From: an uncultured Acidobacteriaceae bacterium
GTDB lineage: Bacteria > Acidobacteriota > Terriglobia > Terriglobales > Acidobacteriaceae
Reading direction: 5' to 3'
DNA: 64,000 bases
Assembly (NCBI GenBank): GCA_963789415.1
Contig: CAWBKQ010000005.1
Location: forward strand, 2,232,472 to 2,296,471
Positions 37,086 to 47,577 of the stretch are shown piece after piece (position 1 is the stretch's first letter; every line of letters begins with the position of its first letter). The notes beneath the pieces are model-generated. The model did no database searches. It was not told the origin of the DNA and saw only the letters and a list, made by a program, of their open reading frames with translations. The position numbers and the translations under genes were made by a program.

Positions 37086-37122
37086 ATTGTGAGTTGGGTT
37101 CAGCGCATCCGCCAGGGCGCCT

Positions 37123-37710
37123 TCACTTGTTCAAATCCACCTGCCCGCCAATCTTGTAAAAGCTTAACGCGTTATTCCCCTGCATCAGGGTGCGAATCCT
37201 CCGCAACGACCCAAAAGCGTTCCCCGGATCGTACTTCTTATCGTGCTCCGCGACCACCAGCGACATTGCCCACACCAGCGTCGAATTCGCCAAAACCGTT
37301 AGAGTTTCTTCGTACGAATTCCGCATCCCGTAAGGCGGATCGAGAAACACCACGTCGCCCACAAAATGTTCCCGCTGCAACTTCCACACAACTCCTGCGA
37401 GATCGTCGCGCAGAATTTTGTATTCCTCGGTGATTCCCAAACTCTGCAAATTCTGCTCAATCACCTTTGCCGCCGCTGCCGAGGTTTCCACAAAATAGAC
37501 CTGCTTCGCGCCGCGGCTCAACGCCTCAATCCCAACCGCGCCCGTCCCCGCAAACAAATCCAGCCAAACCGTATTCTCGAGCGCCTCTGGGTTCCCCGCG
37601 GTCAGCACGTTAAACAAAGTCTCGCGCAAGCGGTCAGACGTGGGACGCGTTGCGCTCCCGCGCAGCGAGCGCAGCGGCCGCCCGCGGTATTTGCCCGCAA
37701 TCACGCGCAT
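37123..37710 (-). CDS. rsmD: 16S rRNA (guanine966-N2)-methyltransferase
   Basis: RVIAGKYRGR, RPTSDRLRETLFN, LDLFAGTGAVGIEALSRGA and DPPY motifs. Confidence 0.88.
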   Translation of the reverse strand: MRVIAGKYRGRPLRSLRGSATRPTSDRLRETLFNVLTAGNPEALENTVWLDLFAGTGAVGIEALSRGAKQVYFVETSAAAAKVIEQNLQSLGITEEYKILRDDLAGVVWKLQREHFVGDVVFLDPPYGMRNSYEETLTVLANSTLVWAMSLVVAEHDKKYDPGNAFGSLRRIRTLMQGNNALSFYKIGGQVDLNK

Positions 37711-37774
37711 GTGCCTGAACCTTCGAGTCCCAGCTTCACTCTAGCCACCCATGTAAAATAACAGCAGCCGAACT

Positions 37775-38896
37775 ATGAGAAGCTGGTCCATTCACGTCGG
37801 TCGCCTTTTCGGGGTCGAAGTTCGCCTTCACCTCACGTTCCTGATCCTGCCCCTGTTCGTTTTCTGGACGGAATACACAGTCCACCCGTCAGCCAATGGC
37901 CCGCGTGATCTCGCCCTGGTCGGAATCATTCTGGCCTGCGTCGCGGCCCACGAAATCGGACACATGCTCGTGGCTCGCCGTGCCGGATTGATCGCCAAAG
38001 CCGTCATTCTACTTCCACTCAGCGGCGTCACTGTCTTCGACGAAACTCGCGTACAAACGTCTCAACCAGCTGCAGTCTGGAAGCGCGAAGTTCGCGTCGC
38101 CCTTGTTGGACCTTTAGTGAACCTCGTATTCGCCGCGATAGCAGCAATTCTGATCTACTCTTTCAACCCCGGCATCGATCTCTGGCACTGGCCATTTCTG
38201 CAATCGAGCAACCTGCCGCGCAGCCTGGTCTGGGCCAACATTTACCTGGCGGGCTTAAATCTTCTGCCGGCATACCCGCTCGACGGAGGCCGCATTCTCC
38301 GAGCCTACTTCGCACGCACCATCGACCCGGCCGCAGCCACTCGCCGAGCCGTTTCTATAAGCCACGCCATCGCCATGGTCTTGATGGTGGCAGGTTTGTT
38401 TAGCAACACCTGGCTCACCATGATCGGCGTGATCATTTTTTCCGCCGCGCAACTCGAAGAGCGCGCTGTCATCTTCCAATCCGTTCTCGACAACGTCAGG
38501 CTCGAAGAAGTGATGCTCACCGACTTCGCTACGCTCTCGCCCGCCGACACGCTGGTCGACGCGCTCGATAAAGCTGTGCATTCGTTGCAGGATGATTTCC
38601 CCGTCGTACGCGGCAGCGACATGGTTGGAGTGATTTCGCGCCAGCGCATTCTCGAAGCCCTGCGCATAGAAGGCAACGGCTACGTGCAGGCCGTGATGAA
38701 TAAACTGTTTGAAGTTTCGGTGCGGCAGGAGTCGCTTGCGTCAGCATTTCGCAAACTCACGTCTCGCAACCTCAGCATCATTCCAGTGGTCGAAGATCAG
38801 CGCCTGGTGGGGATCGTTACTCTGCAGAATCTGATGCACTCAATGTCGCTGTTGGCGGAAAGCCGGAAGTTGCGGCGAGATGAAAGAAACTCATAA
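37775..38896 (+). CDS. site-2 protease family (M50) metalloprotease with a C-terminal CBS pair
   Basis: HEIGH zinc motif in a TM context, NLLPAYPLDGGR, and two CBS motifs. Confidence 0.85.
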   Translation: MRSWSIHVGRLFGVEVRLHLTFLILPLFVFWTEYTVHPSANGPRDLALVGIILACVAAHEIGHMLVARRAGLIAKAVILLPLSGVTVFDETRVQTSQPAAVWKREVRVALVGPLVNLVFAAIAAILIYSFNPGIDLWHWPFLQSSNLPRSLVWANIYLAGLNLLPAYPLDGGRILRAYFARTIDPAAATRRAVSISHAIAMVLMVAGLFSNTWLTMIGVIIFSAAQLEERAVIFQSVLDNVRLEEVMLTDFATLSPADTLVDALDKAVHSLQDDFPVVRGSDMVGVISRQRILEALRIEGNGYVQAVMNKLFEVSVRQESLASAFRKLTSRNLSIIPVVEDQRLVGIVTLQNLMHSMSLLAESRKLRRDERNS

Positions 38897-38977
38897 CTCC
38901 AAAAGGTGTCCGCGGGTTCTCTGTGAAACCCTGTGCGCGCTGTGGTTAAGAATTACCAACAATCCATAACAAAAATC

Positions 38978-40585
38978 CTAAAATAACCGAACAGCCTTAG
39001 CCTGCCGCACCGCTGGAATCGACTCAAGTTTTCTCAGTACAGCATCGGGCACAGGTCCATCCACATGAACGACAGCGATGGCCTCGCGCTCTCCGGACGA
39101 TTCCGCAGCTCGCCGACCCAGGGAAAAATCGGCGATGTTGATCTCGCCTTCGCCTAGAATCGTGCCGACTCTACCGATCACGCCCGGCACATCGCGATTA
39201 CGCAAGTAAATCAGGTCGCGCTCCAGCGGAGCCTCCACGTCGATTTCATCGATATGCAGCAAGCGAGGCGCAGTTCCGCGCAGCACGGCGCCTTTCACCA
39301 TGTGCTCTTCCTTCGAACTCTTAAGAAAGATAGAGAGCACGCTGCCCGCCCCGCCGGTCGAGGCCTTTTCCTTATGCGCTTCGTGCACGCGCAGCCCACG
39401 AGAGTCAGCCAGCGACGCCGCGTTCACCAGATTCGCTTTCTCGTCCAACGTCTGATTGAGAATTCCCTTGATCGCCGCGTTGCGAATCAGTTCGGTTTTC
39501 CATCCTGCAATGTGCCCGCTGTATCGCAACGAAATTTCTTCAATTGACCCTTCGGAAATCTGCGCCAGAAAAGCTCCCATGCGCTCCGCCAAAATAATGT
39601 AAGGCTGCATCTCGCCATATTCTTCCGCAGAAACCGAGGGAACATTCACCGCATTCTGTATCACGCCATGCTTCAGGTACTCACGCACCTGCTGAGCAAT
39701 CTGCACGCCCACAGCTTCCTGCGCCTCAAACGTCGATCCTCCAATGTGAGGCGTGAGAATTACATTCTCCATCGCCGTCAGCGGAGAATTTTTCAGCGGC
39801 TCATCAGTAAACACATCCAGCGCAGCGGCAGCGACATGCCTTTCCTTCAGTGCCGCCACCAAATCGCCTTCATTCACCAGTTCCCCGCGAGCGCAGTTCA
39901 CCAGCCGAATGCCCTTTTTCATCTTCTTGATCGCAGTTGAATTGATCATGCCCGTCGTCTGCGGCGTCAGGCCAACGTGCAATGTGATGTAGTCGGCAGC
40001 AGCATAAAGATCGTCTAAACTTACCAGCCGAATCCCCTGCTCCTTCGCAACTGCGACAGAAACGAACGGATCATGCCCGACTACTTCCATCCCAAAAGCT
40101 CGCGCCCGCCGCGCCACTTCCATACCAATACGCCCGAGGCCGGCGATGCCCAGCACCTTCCCGCGCAGTTCCGTTCCCTGCAGCGATTTCTTCTCCCACT
40201 TGCCGGCGTGCATCAGCGCATCGGCGCGGCAAAGATGGCGAGCCATCGCCAGCATCATGCCTATCGTCTGCTCCGCAACGGCTACGGCGTTTGCTCCAGG
40301 CGTATTCATTACTGCAATGCCCTGACGGGTAGCAGCGTCGAGATCGATGTTGTCCACGCCAACGCCCGCTCGGCCGATCACGCGCAACCTTTTCGCGTTT
40401 GAAAGGAGGGCGGCATCGGCCTGCACTGCCGACCGCACGATCAATGCATCGGCAGATTCCAACTCCGCTGGCAGTTTGCCGTCGAGTTGCTCGGCGGTAA
40501 GCACGACCCATCCCGGTTCTTTCAATTGCGACACGGCTGACGCGGAAATCTTTTCCGCGATGACAATTTTCACGGGCTCACTCAT
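38978..40585 (-). CDS. serA: D-3-phosphoglycerate dehydrogenase (long form with ASB and ACT domains)
   Basis: ATG at 40585 (MSEPVKIVIAEK). GIAGLGRIG NAD motif. C-terminal ACT-like segment. The ORF-track start at 40726 overlaps the upstream gene. Confidence 0.92.
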   Translation of the reverse strand: MSEPVKIVIAEKISASAVSQLKEPGWVVLTAEQLDGKLPAELESADALIVRSAVQADAALLSNAKRLRVIGRAGVGVDNIDLDAATRQGIAVMNTPGANAVAVAEQTIGMMLAMARHLCRADALMHAGKWEKKSLQGTELRGKVLGIAGLGRIGMEVARRARAFGMEVVGHDPFVSVAVAKEQGIRLVSLDDLYAAADYITLHVGLTPQTTGMINSTAIKKMKKGIRLVNCARGELVNEGDLVAALKERHVAAAALDVFTDEPLKNSPLTAMENVILTPHIGGSTFEAQEAVGVQIAQQVREYLKHGVIQNAVNVPSVSAEEYGEMQPYIILAERMGAFLAQISEGSIEEISLRYSGHIAGWKTELIRNAAIKGILNQTLDEKANLVNAASLADSRGLRVHEAHKEKASTGGAGSVLSIFLKSSKEEHMVKGAVLRGTAPRLLHIDEIDVEAPLERDLIYLRNRDVPGVIGRVGTILGEGEINIADFSLGRRAAESSGEREAIAVVHVDGPVPDAVLRKLESIPAVRQAKAVRLF

Positions 40586-40616
40586 TATCTTTCGTTCGAG
40601 GTAGCGATAATCTAAG

Positions 40617-41807
40617 TCAGGTGACCAGTTGCGCGTTCCACACAACGGCCCGCGCATACACTTCCTGGGCCGCGCGCACTGCTGCTCCGTACTCAACCGT
40701 TTTTCCTGTAACCCGCGACAGCACATGCTCGAGCGCAGCCAGAATGCCGATCGTATCCAGATAATCGTAGTAACCGATGTGCGCGATGCGAAACAATTGG
40801 CCTTTCATCTCGCCTTGTCCATTCGCCACTACGGCATCGAACGATTCGCGGAATTCTTTGATGATCTTTCCGGAGTCCATGCCATCCGGGGAATGAATTG
40901 CGGTAAGCGCTGCCGCCGGAGGGCTCGCGAACAACTTCAAGCTCAAAGCCTGAACGCCCGCTCGTGTCATCGCGGCGCACAATTCGGCGTTATCGACTAA
41001 AGTCTCGCGACCTGCTGCAAGATCTCCATTTCCCATTCCGCGGATAAACTCGAGCGCCGCTCCCAGGGCGGCAAACAACGAGGTCGCCGGAGTATTCGCC
41101 GTTTCGCCCTTCGCCGCGGCCTTGCGCTCTTTTAGCAAATCAAAATAGAAGCGAGGAGACTTGGTCGTCTCCATGCGCCGCCAGGCGCGCTCGCTCACCG
41201 CGCAATATCCCAGACCCGGAGGAATCATCAGCGCCTTTTGCGATCCGCCGATAATGAAATCGACTCCCCATCCGTCCACGTCGAGATGAGTCGTGCCGAG
41301 GCCAGTGATTGCGTCAACCACGAGCAGCGAATCCTCGCCGCAAGCCCGCACGATTTTTGCTATGCCCTGCACATCGTGCCGCGCGCCCGTCGAACTCTCC
41401 GTAGCTTGCACAAACACAGCACGCACATCTTGCTTAACCTTCTCGCGAATCTCGTCCAGCGAAAACGTCTCGCCATAATGCGCGCTCAGTACTTCCACAT
41501 TACAACCGAACGCCTTGGTCAACCCGGTCCAGCGCTCGCCAAACTTTCCCGCGGTCAGTACCAGGACCTTGTCACCGGGCGAAGTCAAATTCGATACCGC
41601 AGCCTCCATCGCGCCCGTACCCGAACAAGCCATCACCAGCACATCGTTCTTGGTGCCGACAAACTCCTTCATGTCGACAAGCACGCGCTGGAAGAGATTT
41701 CGGAAGTCGGCGGTGCGATGGTGTGCGGTGAATGAAGCCATGGCCGTTTGCGCCGCCGGCAGCAACGGTGTCGGCCCAGGAGTGAAAAGACGATTCTTGC
41801 GTAACAT
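40617..41807 (-). CDS. class V aminotransferase (serine-pyruvate/alanine-glyoxylate family), probably phosphoserine aminotransferase
   Basis: LFTPGPT start and a SQK(A) PLP-lysine region. It lies immediately upstream of serA. ATG at 41807 is preferred over TTG at 41813. Confidence 0.85.
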   Translation of the reverse strand: MLRKNRLFTPGPTPLLPAAQTAMASFTAHHRTADFRNLFQRVLVDMKEFVGTKNDVLVMACSGTGAMEAAVSNLTSPGDKVLVLTAGKFGERWTGLTKAFGCNVEVLSAHYGETFSLDEIREKVKQDVRAVFVQATESSTGARHDVQGIAKIVRACGEDSLLVVDAITGLGTTHLDVDGWGVDFIIGGSQKALMIPPGLGYCAVSERAWRRMETTKSPRFYFDLLKERKAAAKGETANTPATSLFAALGAALEFIRGMGNGDLAAGRETLVDNAELCAAMTRAGVQALSLKLFASPPAAALTAIHSPDGMDSGKIIKEFRESFDAVVANGQGEMKGQLFRIAHIGYYDYLDTIGILAALEHVLSRVTGKTVEYGAAVRAAQEVYARAVVWNAQLVT

Positions 41808-41999
41808 AAGCAAAGGCCTTGTAAGTAGGGTTGAGCTATAAGTTTACTGGAAGTGTGCCGGATGTGCGGTGATTCTGGTCACAAAGGCGTTTCGGCATTT
41901 CGTCCCAACGAGGCGTGTGGCGGAATTTTCATGCGCAAAATTCTGTAGACCTCCGCCGGCAGTGCGGAGTCGAATGTCGCCAGCGTCTATAATCCTCCA

Positions 42000-42458
42000 A
42001 TGAGCCTGATCGAACGCATTCAAAACGACATCACCGCCGCCATGAAGGCGCGCGACGAGCAACGCCTCTCCACCCTGCGCATGGTCAAAACTGCATTGAA
42101 GAATCGTGAGATCGAAAAGATGTCGGCGCTCGACGACAAGGAGTCGCAGGCCGTCCTCACGACGCTGATCAAGCAGCGCAAGGATTCGGTTGAGCAGTTC
42201 ACCAAAGGCGGACGCCAGGAGATGGCCGACAAAGAAGCCGCCGAAATCGTGCTGATCGAAACCTACCTGCCCCAGGCCGCCGGCGAGGCCGAAGTAGCCG
42301 CCGGAGTGAAAGCCACCATCGCCGAAATGGGATCTCCCACCATGAAAGATATGGGCACTGTGATGAAGAATGCCATGGCGCGCTTCGCCGGCGCAGGCAT
42401 GCGCGTGGATGGAAAAACTGTCAGCGAGATTGTGAAGAAGGAGCTGGCGGGGAAGTAG
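42000..42458 (+). CDS. GatB/YqeY domain protein
   Basis: I..D...AMKA.D..RL..LR.......N.EIE pattern typical of YqeY. Confidence 0.88.
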   Translation: MSLIERIQNDITAAMKARDEQRLSTLRMVKTALKNREIEKMSALDDKESQAVLTTLIKQRKDSVEQFTKGGRQEMADKEAAEIVLIETYLPQAAGEAEVAAGVKATIAEMGSPTMKDMGTVMKNAMARFAGAGMRVDGKTVSEIVKKELAGK

Positions 42459-42463
42459 CCGCA

Positions 42464-43396
42464 CTACTTGCTCCTCTGCAGCTCTCGGTAGGCCTCGCTC
42501 TTCGAGATCCCGCGCTCCTTGGCGATCTTCTTTAGCGCGGCTTTCTCATCGACCTTTTCTTCAGCGATGACCTGCTCAAGTCTCTGTCGAATAGAAGGGC
42601 GGATGAGAGTGCTCATCTCCACACGACCTTCCTCTTCAGCCTTCCCAATCAGCAGCGTAATCTCGCCTTTAACTCCATCCCGCTCTTTCAACGTCTCCAG
42701 CACCTTGCTCGCGCGCCCGCGCAGAAACTCTTCATGCAGCTTTGTCACTTCGCGCGCGATTACCACATGCCTTTCGTTTCCAAGAACCTCAACAACGTCG
42801 GTGAGCGCTTCGATAATCCGGTGCGGAGCTTCGTAGAAAACCTGGGTGCGCGGCGAAGTCTTGATCGCCTCCAGTGCCGCCCTCCGCTCGCCGCGTTTCG
42901 CGGGAAGAAATCCGCTGAAGCGGAAGGAATCCGCGGGCAGACCACTCGCCACCAACGCCGCCAGAAACGCCGACGCCCCTGGAATCGGCACCACCGGCAA
43001 ATGATGGCGAATCGCCAGCGAGATCAGACGAAATCCCGGATCGGAGATTCCCGGCATGCCCGCATCGGTCACCAGAGCGACGCTCGCCCCCTCCTGCATC
43101 TCTTTCACTAGTTCCGCCGCGCGGGTCATTTCGTTATGTTCGTGGTAGCTAATTGTGCGTGTCGCAATTCCGTAATGATTGAGCAGCTTCTGTGTCTGCC
43201 GCGTATCTTCGCAGGCAATCACATCGGTTTTTTTGAGCACTTGCAAAGCCCGCAGTGTGATGTCTTCAAGATTACCAATCGGTGTGGCAACCAAATAGAG
43301 CGCCGGACCCGCAAGATGAGCACTTCGCGAGGAATCGGCAACTCGAAGGGAATCAGGAGAAGGAGTTTCTGCGCCCGGCTTGGCAGACTCGCTCAT
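42464..43396 (-). CDS. rsmI: 16S rRNA (cytidine1402-2'-O)-methyltransferase
   Basis: LYLVATPIGNLEDITLRA...IACEDTR tetrapyrrole-methylase-fold motifs. Confidence 0.9.
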   Translation of the reverse strand: MSESAKPGAETPSPDSLRVADSSRSAHLAGPALYLVATPIGNLEDITLRALQVLKKTDVIACEDTRQTQKLLNHYGIATRTISYHEHNEMTRAAELVKEMQEGASVALVTDAGMPGISDPGFRLISLAIRHHLPVVPIPGASAFLAALVASGLPADSFRFSGFLPAKRGERRAALEAIKTSPRTQVFYEAPHRIIEALTDVVEVLGNERHVVIAREVTKLHEEFLRGRASKVLETLKERDGVKGEITLLIGKAEEEGRVEMSTLIRPSIRQRLEQVIAEEKVDEKAALKKIAKERGISKSEAYRELQRSK

Positions 43397-43444
43397 GCGC
43401 GAAGTCTACCACTCGCCGCGCTCCAGCAGATGCGATCTAAGCTG

Positions 43445-44503
43445 CTAGCGAGAAGGCTGCGGTTGCGGAAGACTGGGCTGCGGGGATGCAGCTGCCGGCT
43501 CACTCGACTCCTGCGGCGGCCCTGACAATATCTTATGCAGAAACCCCAGCGGCATCGCCGCGCTGACTACCGCCCGGTCCCCGTCCTGCTTCACTCTCAC
43601 GCTATCAAACAAAGCTTTCACGTCGCCATCGGTGCCGTTGGTTCCGACGGAGGTCTCAGCAGACCGCGTCAACGCGATAAATGCGGTGAGCTTGTCGGCT
43701 AGGGCCGCCGCTTCGTCGCCACTGCCCGTGAAGGCCTCGGCCCGCATATGAACGGCGTTGGCGCGCAAGTGCAACGGGCTGAGCAGGCTTCCCGAGACCA
43801 CGATCGTGGCAGGCTTGGCGAAAATGGTACTCCAGCCAGCCGTTCCCGGCGCCGAAGGATCAATCCTCGCGATCACCCAGCCCAAGCTGCCCAATTGAAC
43901 ATCCCGGTAAAACTGCCTCAAAAGAGCCGGGCCTCCGAACGGAGAAGCCAGCCGCTTCGACCGGTCGACGATCCCCTGAATCACAGCCTGGTCTTCATGA
44001 TTCGTGGCTGCCACCGAATCGGGGCTAAGTACGGCGACTCGCAACGACCTGCTTTCCACCGGGATGGTGAATACCTCCACTGAGTGATAGGTTTCCACCG
44101 ACCGCGCGATCTGCCGCAAATATCCGGTAAGCCGCTCGCCCTGAAACCTTCCCACCAGTACTTCTGAAAACCGCATCTCCCGGGCTGATCCGCCAGTCCC
44201 GCCTGCGGGCCAGCTCGCCGGATAATGCACCGCAAACGCCGCTTCATCGAGATCGCGCTCGAACTGAAACCCGGTTTGCTGAATAAATCGCTCGTAGTCA
44301 GGATCATGGCTTACAGGGGGCAAGTCTTTGCCGCCGTTCAGCCTCCGCGCCCAATTCAGGTTCGCGTAAAAGAATGCGTCCGCGCCCGGCAACAACCGGG
44401 CTGCCTCGGGCGGAGCCAGCTTCCGTAATTGCACTGCGAGGGTCACTGCTGCAACAACGATTACAACCACCAGGACGACGGGGAGGGTGCGCCTAATTCG
44501 CAT
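43445..44503 (-). CDS. membrane-anchored hypothetical protein
   Basis: One N-terminal TM helix (LPVVLVVVIVVAAVTLAV). The 330-aa remainder has no recognised motif. The C-terminus is Pro/Gln/Ser-rich. Confidence 0.6.
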   Translation of the reverse strand: MRIRRTLPVVLVVVIVVAAVTLAVQLRKLAPPEAARLLPGADAFFYANLNWARRLNGGKDLPPVSHDPDYERFIQQTGFQFERDLDEAAFAVHYPASWPAGGTGGSAREMRFSEVLVGRFQGERLTGYLRQIARSVETYHSVEVFTIPVESRSLRVAVLSPDSVAATNHEDQAVIQGIVDRSKRLASPFGGPALLRQFYRDVQLGSLGWVIARIDPSAPGTAGWSTIFAKPATIVVSGSLLSPLHLRANAVHMRAEAFTGSGDEAAALADKLTAFIALTRSAETSVGTNGTDGDVKALFDSVRVKQDGDRAVVSAAMPLGFLHKILSGPPQESSEPAAASPQPSLPQPQPSR

Positions 44504-44598
44504 GGATTGCGGTCAGGGCTGAAATCATAACACTGCTGTAGACAAATCCGTAGCCGCTCGGCCGACGCACGGCGGTGAAGATTCGACGATCGCCTCAG

Positions 44599-47283
44599 TT
44601 ATTTTTTCAGGCCGGAGGTGAAGTTGGTCATGACCGTCACTGGCTGGTTAACTTCCTGAGAGACGCGTTCCAGGAGGAGCCTTTTGCCGTCAGGCGAAAC
44701 GCTGTAGAAGGGGATGGTCAGAATCGTCCATTGGCTCACCAGCGTCTGCGGAGCCCCGAATTGCAGGGCTCCCCCGGCTTCGGTAACCGGAACCGCGACG
44801 ATCGACTGGCTGAGGTCGAAGTAGAAAAGCTCTTTGCCGTCCGCGCTCCATTGCGGCGCCTGTCCGCCGTTGGCAGAGACCTGCCATTTGCCCTGTCCGC
44901 CGCCGTATGCCTCCACATAGATTTCGAGCCGGCCGGATTCTATTGAACAATAGGCGAGCCAGCGGCCGTCTGGGGAAAGCGTCGCGCTGGTTCCATAGGG
45001 CAGAATCTGGTGCGGTTTTCGCTCTCCGTCCAGCGAAAGGGCCCAGATCCCCTCCCCTTTTTGCGTGTAAATATTCGGCGAATAAAACAAAGTCTTGCCG
45101 TCGCGCGACCAGTCATTCGGGGCGAAAACCGCCCCGGCCTGGTCTGGGAGCAGCAATTCCTCCGCGCCGCTGCCGTCGGCGGGCTTGCGGTAGATGCCTC
45201 CGCCGACCGCGCGCATGGAGCTGTAAGCGACCCACTTGCCATCCGGCGACCAGACGGGAAAGGTATTGCCCGTCGGGCCAAAGGTGAGCCGCGTACGGAC
45301 ACCGCGCGCCAGATCGAGCGCCCACACATCGTTGACGCCCGAATCTATCGTTAGGGCGATCCGGTCGCCCTCTGGCGATAGGCGGGCAAACTGCAGGTTT
45401 TGCAAATTGTCCGCAGCGACGCCAACCTGTTTTCCGTTGCGATCCATCCATACCAGTTGAACGCCCCCCGAAATGCCGTTGCCAAACGCCAGTAGTCCGC
45501 TATCAGTCGCCGTGGCGCCGATGCGCCACGTGGTCACGTCGTTCAATGCACCGGAAGAAATGGTTTGCGGCTCTCCGCTCAACTTGCCCTTGGCGGCGTC
45601 GAAGGGCTGCGCCATCAACTGGTCGCCCCGGCCAAACAGAAGAAATCCAGCCGCATAAATGGCGTTGCTCTGCGAGTGAATCAGCAGACGGTTCTCGCGG
45701 CCATCGAGCGAAGTCCAGTAGACGGCATTATTCGACAACTTTGAGGGGTCGTGATGCATGGCGAAGTAGAGAAAGTGCCTGCCATCGGGAAGAAAGAACG
45801 GCCAGCGGTGCGAGGAGTACACCGCAAGGTCCAGTTTAGTTAGCGGGGTAGGAGCGCCGCCATTCACGTTGATTTGCGACAACGCCGAGATGGGAGATGG
45901 GGAAAACACAATAACACCGCTCGGACCCCACGCGCCGCCCCGCCCGAGTTGGGCGTCACAAAGCGTCTGCGCCGTAGTGCCGTTGAGCTCAATCGTCCGC
46001 ATCTTGCCGTTGGCGAAGAACCCCATCGAACGGCTGTCGGGCGACCAGAATGGAAAGATGGCGTTGCTGGTGTCGGGCAGGACGCGGGCATCGGCGCCAT
46101 TCATGGAGCGCAACCATAAGGATGTCTTGCCGTCAGCGCCAGTGGCAGTAAAAGCCATATACGCGCCGTCGGGAGACAGCACCGGCGGCCCAGCAAGGTC
46201 GGAGGTCAGGCGGAAGTGCGTATCCGGCGGTGGATTGATGACAGCACGAATGCTAGGGGATGACAGAGCGGGGCGGTGAAGGAAAAATCCGGCAAGTGTT
46301 CCCAGAACAATTGCAGCCGCGACGGCGGCAAACCAGAAAGGCTGGCTCGATGAGAGTGTCGCAGACGATCCTGCATTTGCTGGCGCAGGCCGAAGCGATT
46401 CAACCCAGCGCAAATCCATTGCGACATCGTGCGCGGATTGAAACCGGTCAGCGGGATCCTTAGCGAGGCACGCACAGACCACGCGATCAAGCATCGGCGG
46501 CGAGAGCGGCTGGCTGGCTGCTATCGGCTCAGGATCTTTTTCCAGAATCGCGCTGAATACGCTGAGTTGCGATTTGCCTTCGAAAGCGCGGCGAGCCGTG
46601 ATCATCTCATAGAGAACACATCCGAAGCTGAACAAGTCGCTGCGCGCGTCGGCTTCCGCACCTTGCAAAAGTTCGGGAGCCATGTACTGAAAGGTTCCGA
46701 CGATCGAACCCTTCTGCGTAAGCGGCGAAGCAGCCGACGTGAGCGAAGCCAAATTCATCGTCGGCGTAGAAGGCGTGAACGGGCCGACAGCTTGTGAGCC
46801 AATGGAGACTTCCGGCTTCGCCAAACCGAAGTCCATCAGCTTCGCGCCCGCTTTGGTCAGCATGATGTTCGCAGGCTTCAGGTCACGATGAATGATGCCG
46901 TGCCGATGCGCCTTCTCCAGCGCCTGCGCGATCTCCATCCCAATCTTCAGCACCTGATCCAGCGGCAGCGGGCCTTTCTTCAGCCGCTCTGCGAGCGTCT
47001 GGCCCTCGAGGTACTCCATCACCAGGAAGTCGGTTCCGTCCTGAGATCCGATGTCGTAAAGCGTGCAGATATTCGCATGTTGCAGAGCGGAAATTGCTTT
47101 CCCTTCGCGCTCCATGCGCTGCTTCAACTCCGGATGAGAAGAAAGATGCGACGGCAGAACTTTGATGGCAACGGTGCGATCGAGCCGAGTGTCCTTGGCG
47201 CGATAGACCTCGCCCATGCCTCCTGCGCCGAGAGGAGAAAGAATTTCGTAAGGACCAAGTTTTGTGCCAGTGGTCAGGGACAT
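44599..47283 (-). CDS. Ser/Thr protein kinase with a TM helix and a TolB-like WD40 beta-propeller C-terminal region
   Basis: GAGGMGEVY, AIK, HRDLKPAN, DFG and APE motifs. Repeated SPDG...(F/Y)S propeller blades. The alternative TTG start is at 47295. Confidence 0.88.
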   Translation of the reverse strand: MSLTTGTKLGPYEILSPLGAGGMGEVYRAKDTRLDRTVAIKVLPSHLSSHPELKQRMEREGKAISALQHANICTLYDIGSQDGTDFLVMEYLEGQTLAERLKKGPLPLDQVLKIGMEIAQALEKAHRHGIIHRDLKPANIMLTKAGAKLMDFGLAKPEVSIGSQAVGPFTPSTPTMNLASLTSAASPLTQKGSIVGTFQYMAPELLQGAEADARSDLFSFGCVLYEMITARRAFEGKSQLSVFSAILEKDPEPIAASQPLSPPMLDRVVCACLAKDPADRFQSAHDVAMDLRWVESLRPAPANAGSSATLSSSQPFWFAAVAAAIVLGTLAGFFLHRPALSSPSIRAVINPPPDTHFRLTSDLAGPPVLSPDGAYMAFTATGADGKTSLWLRSMNGADARVLPDTSNAIFPFWSPDSRSMGFFANGKMRTIELNGTTAQTLCDAQLGRGGAWGPSGVIVFSPSPISALSQINVNGGAPTPLTKLDLAVYSSHRWPFFLPDGRHFLYFAMHHDPSKLSNNAVYWTSLDGRENRLLIHSQSNAIYAAGFLLFGRGDQLMAQPFDAAKGKLSGEPQTISSGALNDVTTWRIGATATDSGLLAFGNGISGGVQLVWMDRNGKQVGVAADNLQNLQFARLSPEGDRIALTIDSGVNDVWALDLARGVRTRLTFGPTGNTFPVWSPDGKWVAYSSMRAVGGGIYRKPADGSGAEELLLPDQAGAVFAPNDWSRDGKTLFYSPNIYTQKGEGIWALSLDGERKPHQILPYGTSATLSPDGRWLAYCSIESGRLEIYVEAYGGGQGKWQVSANGGQAPQWSADGKELFYFDLSQSIVAVPVTEAGGALQFGAPQTLVSQWTILTIPFYSVSPDGKRLLLERVSQEVNQPVTVMTNFTSGLKK

Positions 47284-47501
47284 GCGTGGGCGCAATTATA
47301 GCCTGTGGGGCAGGGTAGATTAAGGATGCGACGATTCTCAAGCTTAGTGTTCAGACGGATTGTGCCGATCAAGCTAATCATCCCTACCGTATGTAATCTG
47401 CGGTTGCGCACGATTCCGTCCTTGTGGTAACTTAACTAATTGTCCCGGAAATCTGGAGGGGATTAGGGGTATACTTGTGCCTAAGGGCACTCGTGCCCGA
47501 C

Positions 47502-47577
47502 GCTGGCGTAGCTCAGCTGGTAGAGCATCTGATTTGTAATCAGAGGGTCGGGGGTTCAAATCCCTTCGCCAGCTCCA
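47502..47577 (+). tRNA. tRNA-Thr (anticodon TGT)
   Basis: Hand-folded. Acceptor GCTGGCG/CGCCAGC, anticodon loop TTTGTAA, T-loop TTCAAAT, encoded CCA. The T-stem has two G-T pairs. Confidence 0.8.

Noticed and set aside
38897-38950. CCGCGGGTTCTCTGTGAAACCCTGTGCGCGCTGTGGTTAAG after the M50 protease gene, reminiscent of repeat elements I recall from soil-bacterial genomes.
   Set aside because: Only one copy lies in this window, so repeat status cannot be supported from the sequence provided.
41844-42464. 206-aa minus-strand ORF overlapping the YqeY gene.
   Set aside because: The plus-strand product matches the well-known GatB/YqeY pattern. The minus-strand translation is Gly/His/Arg-rich with no motif.
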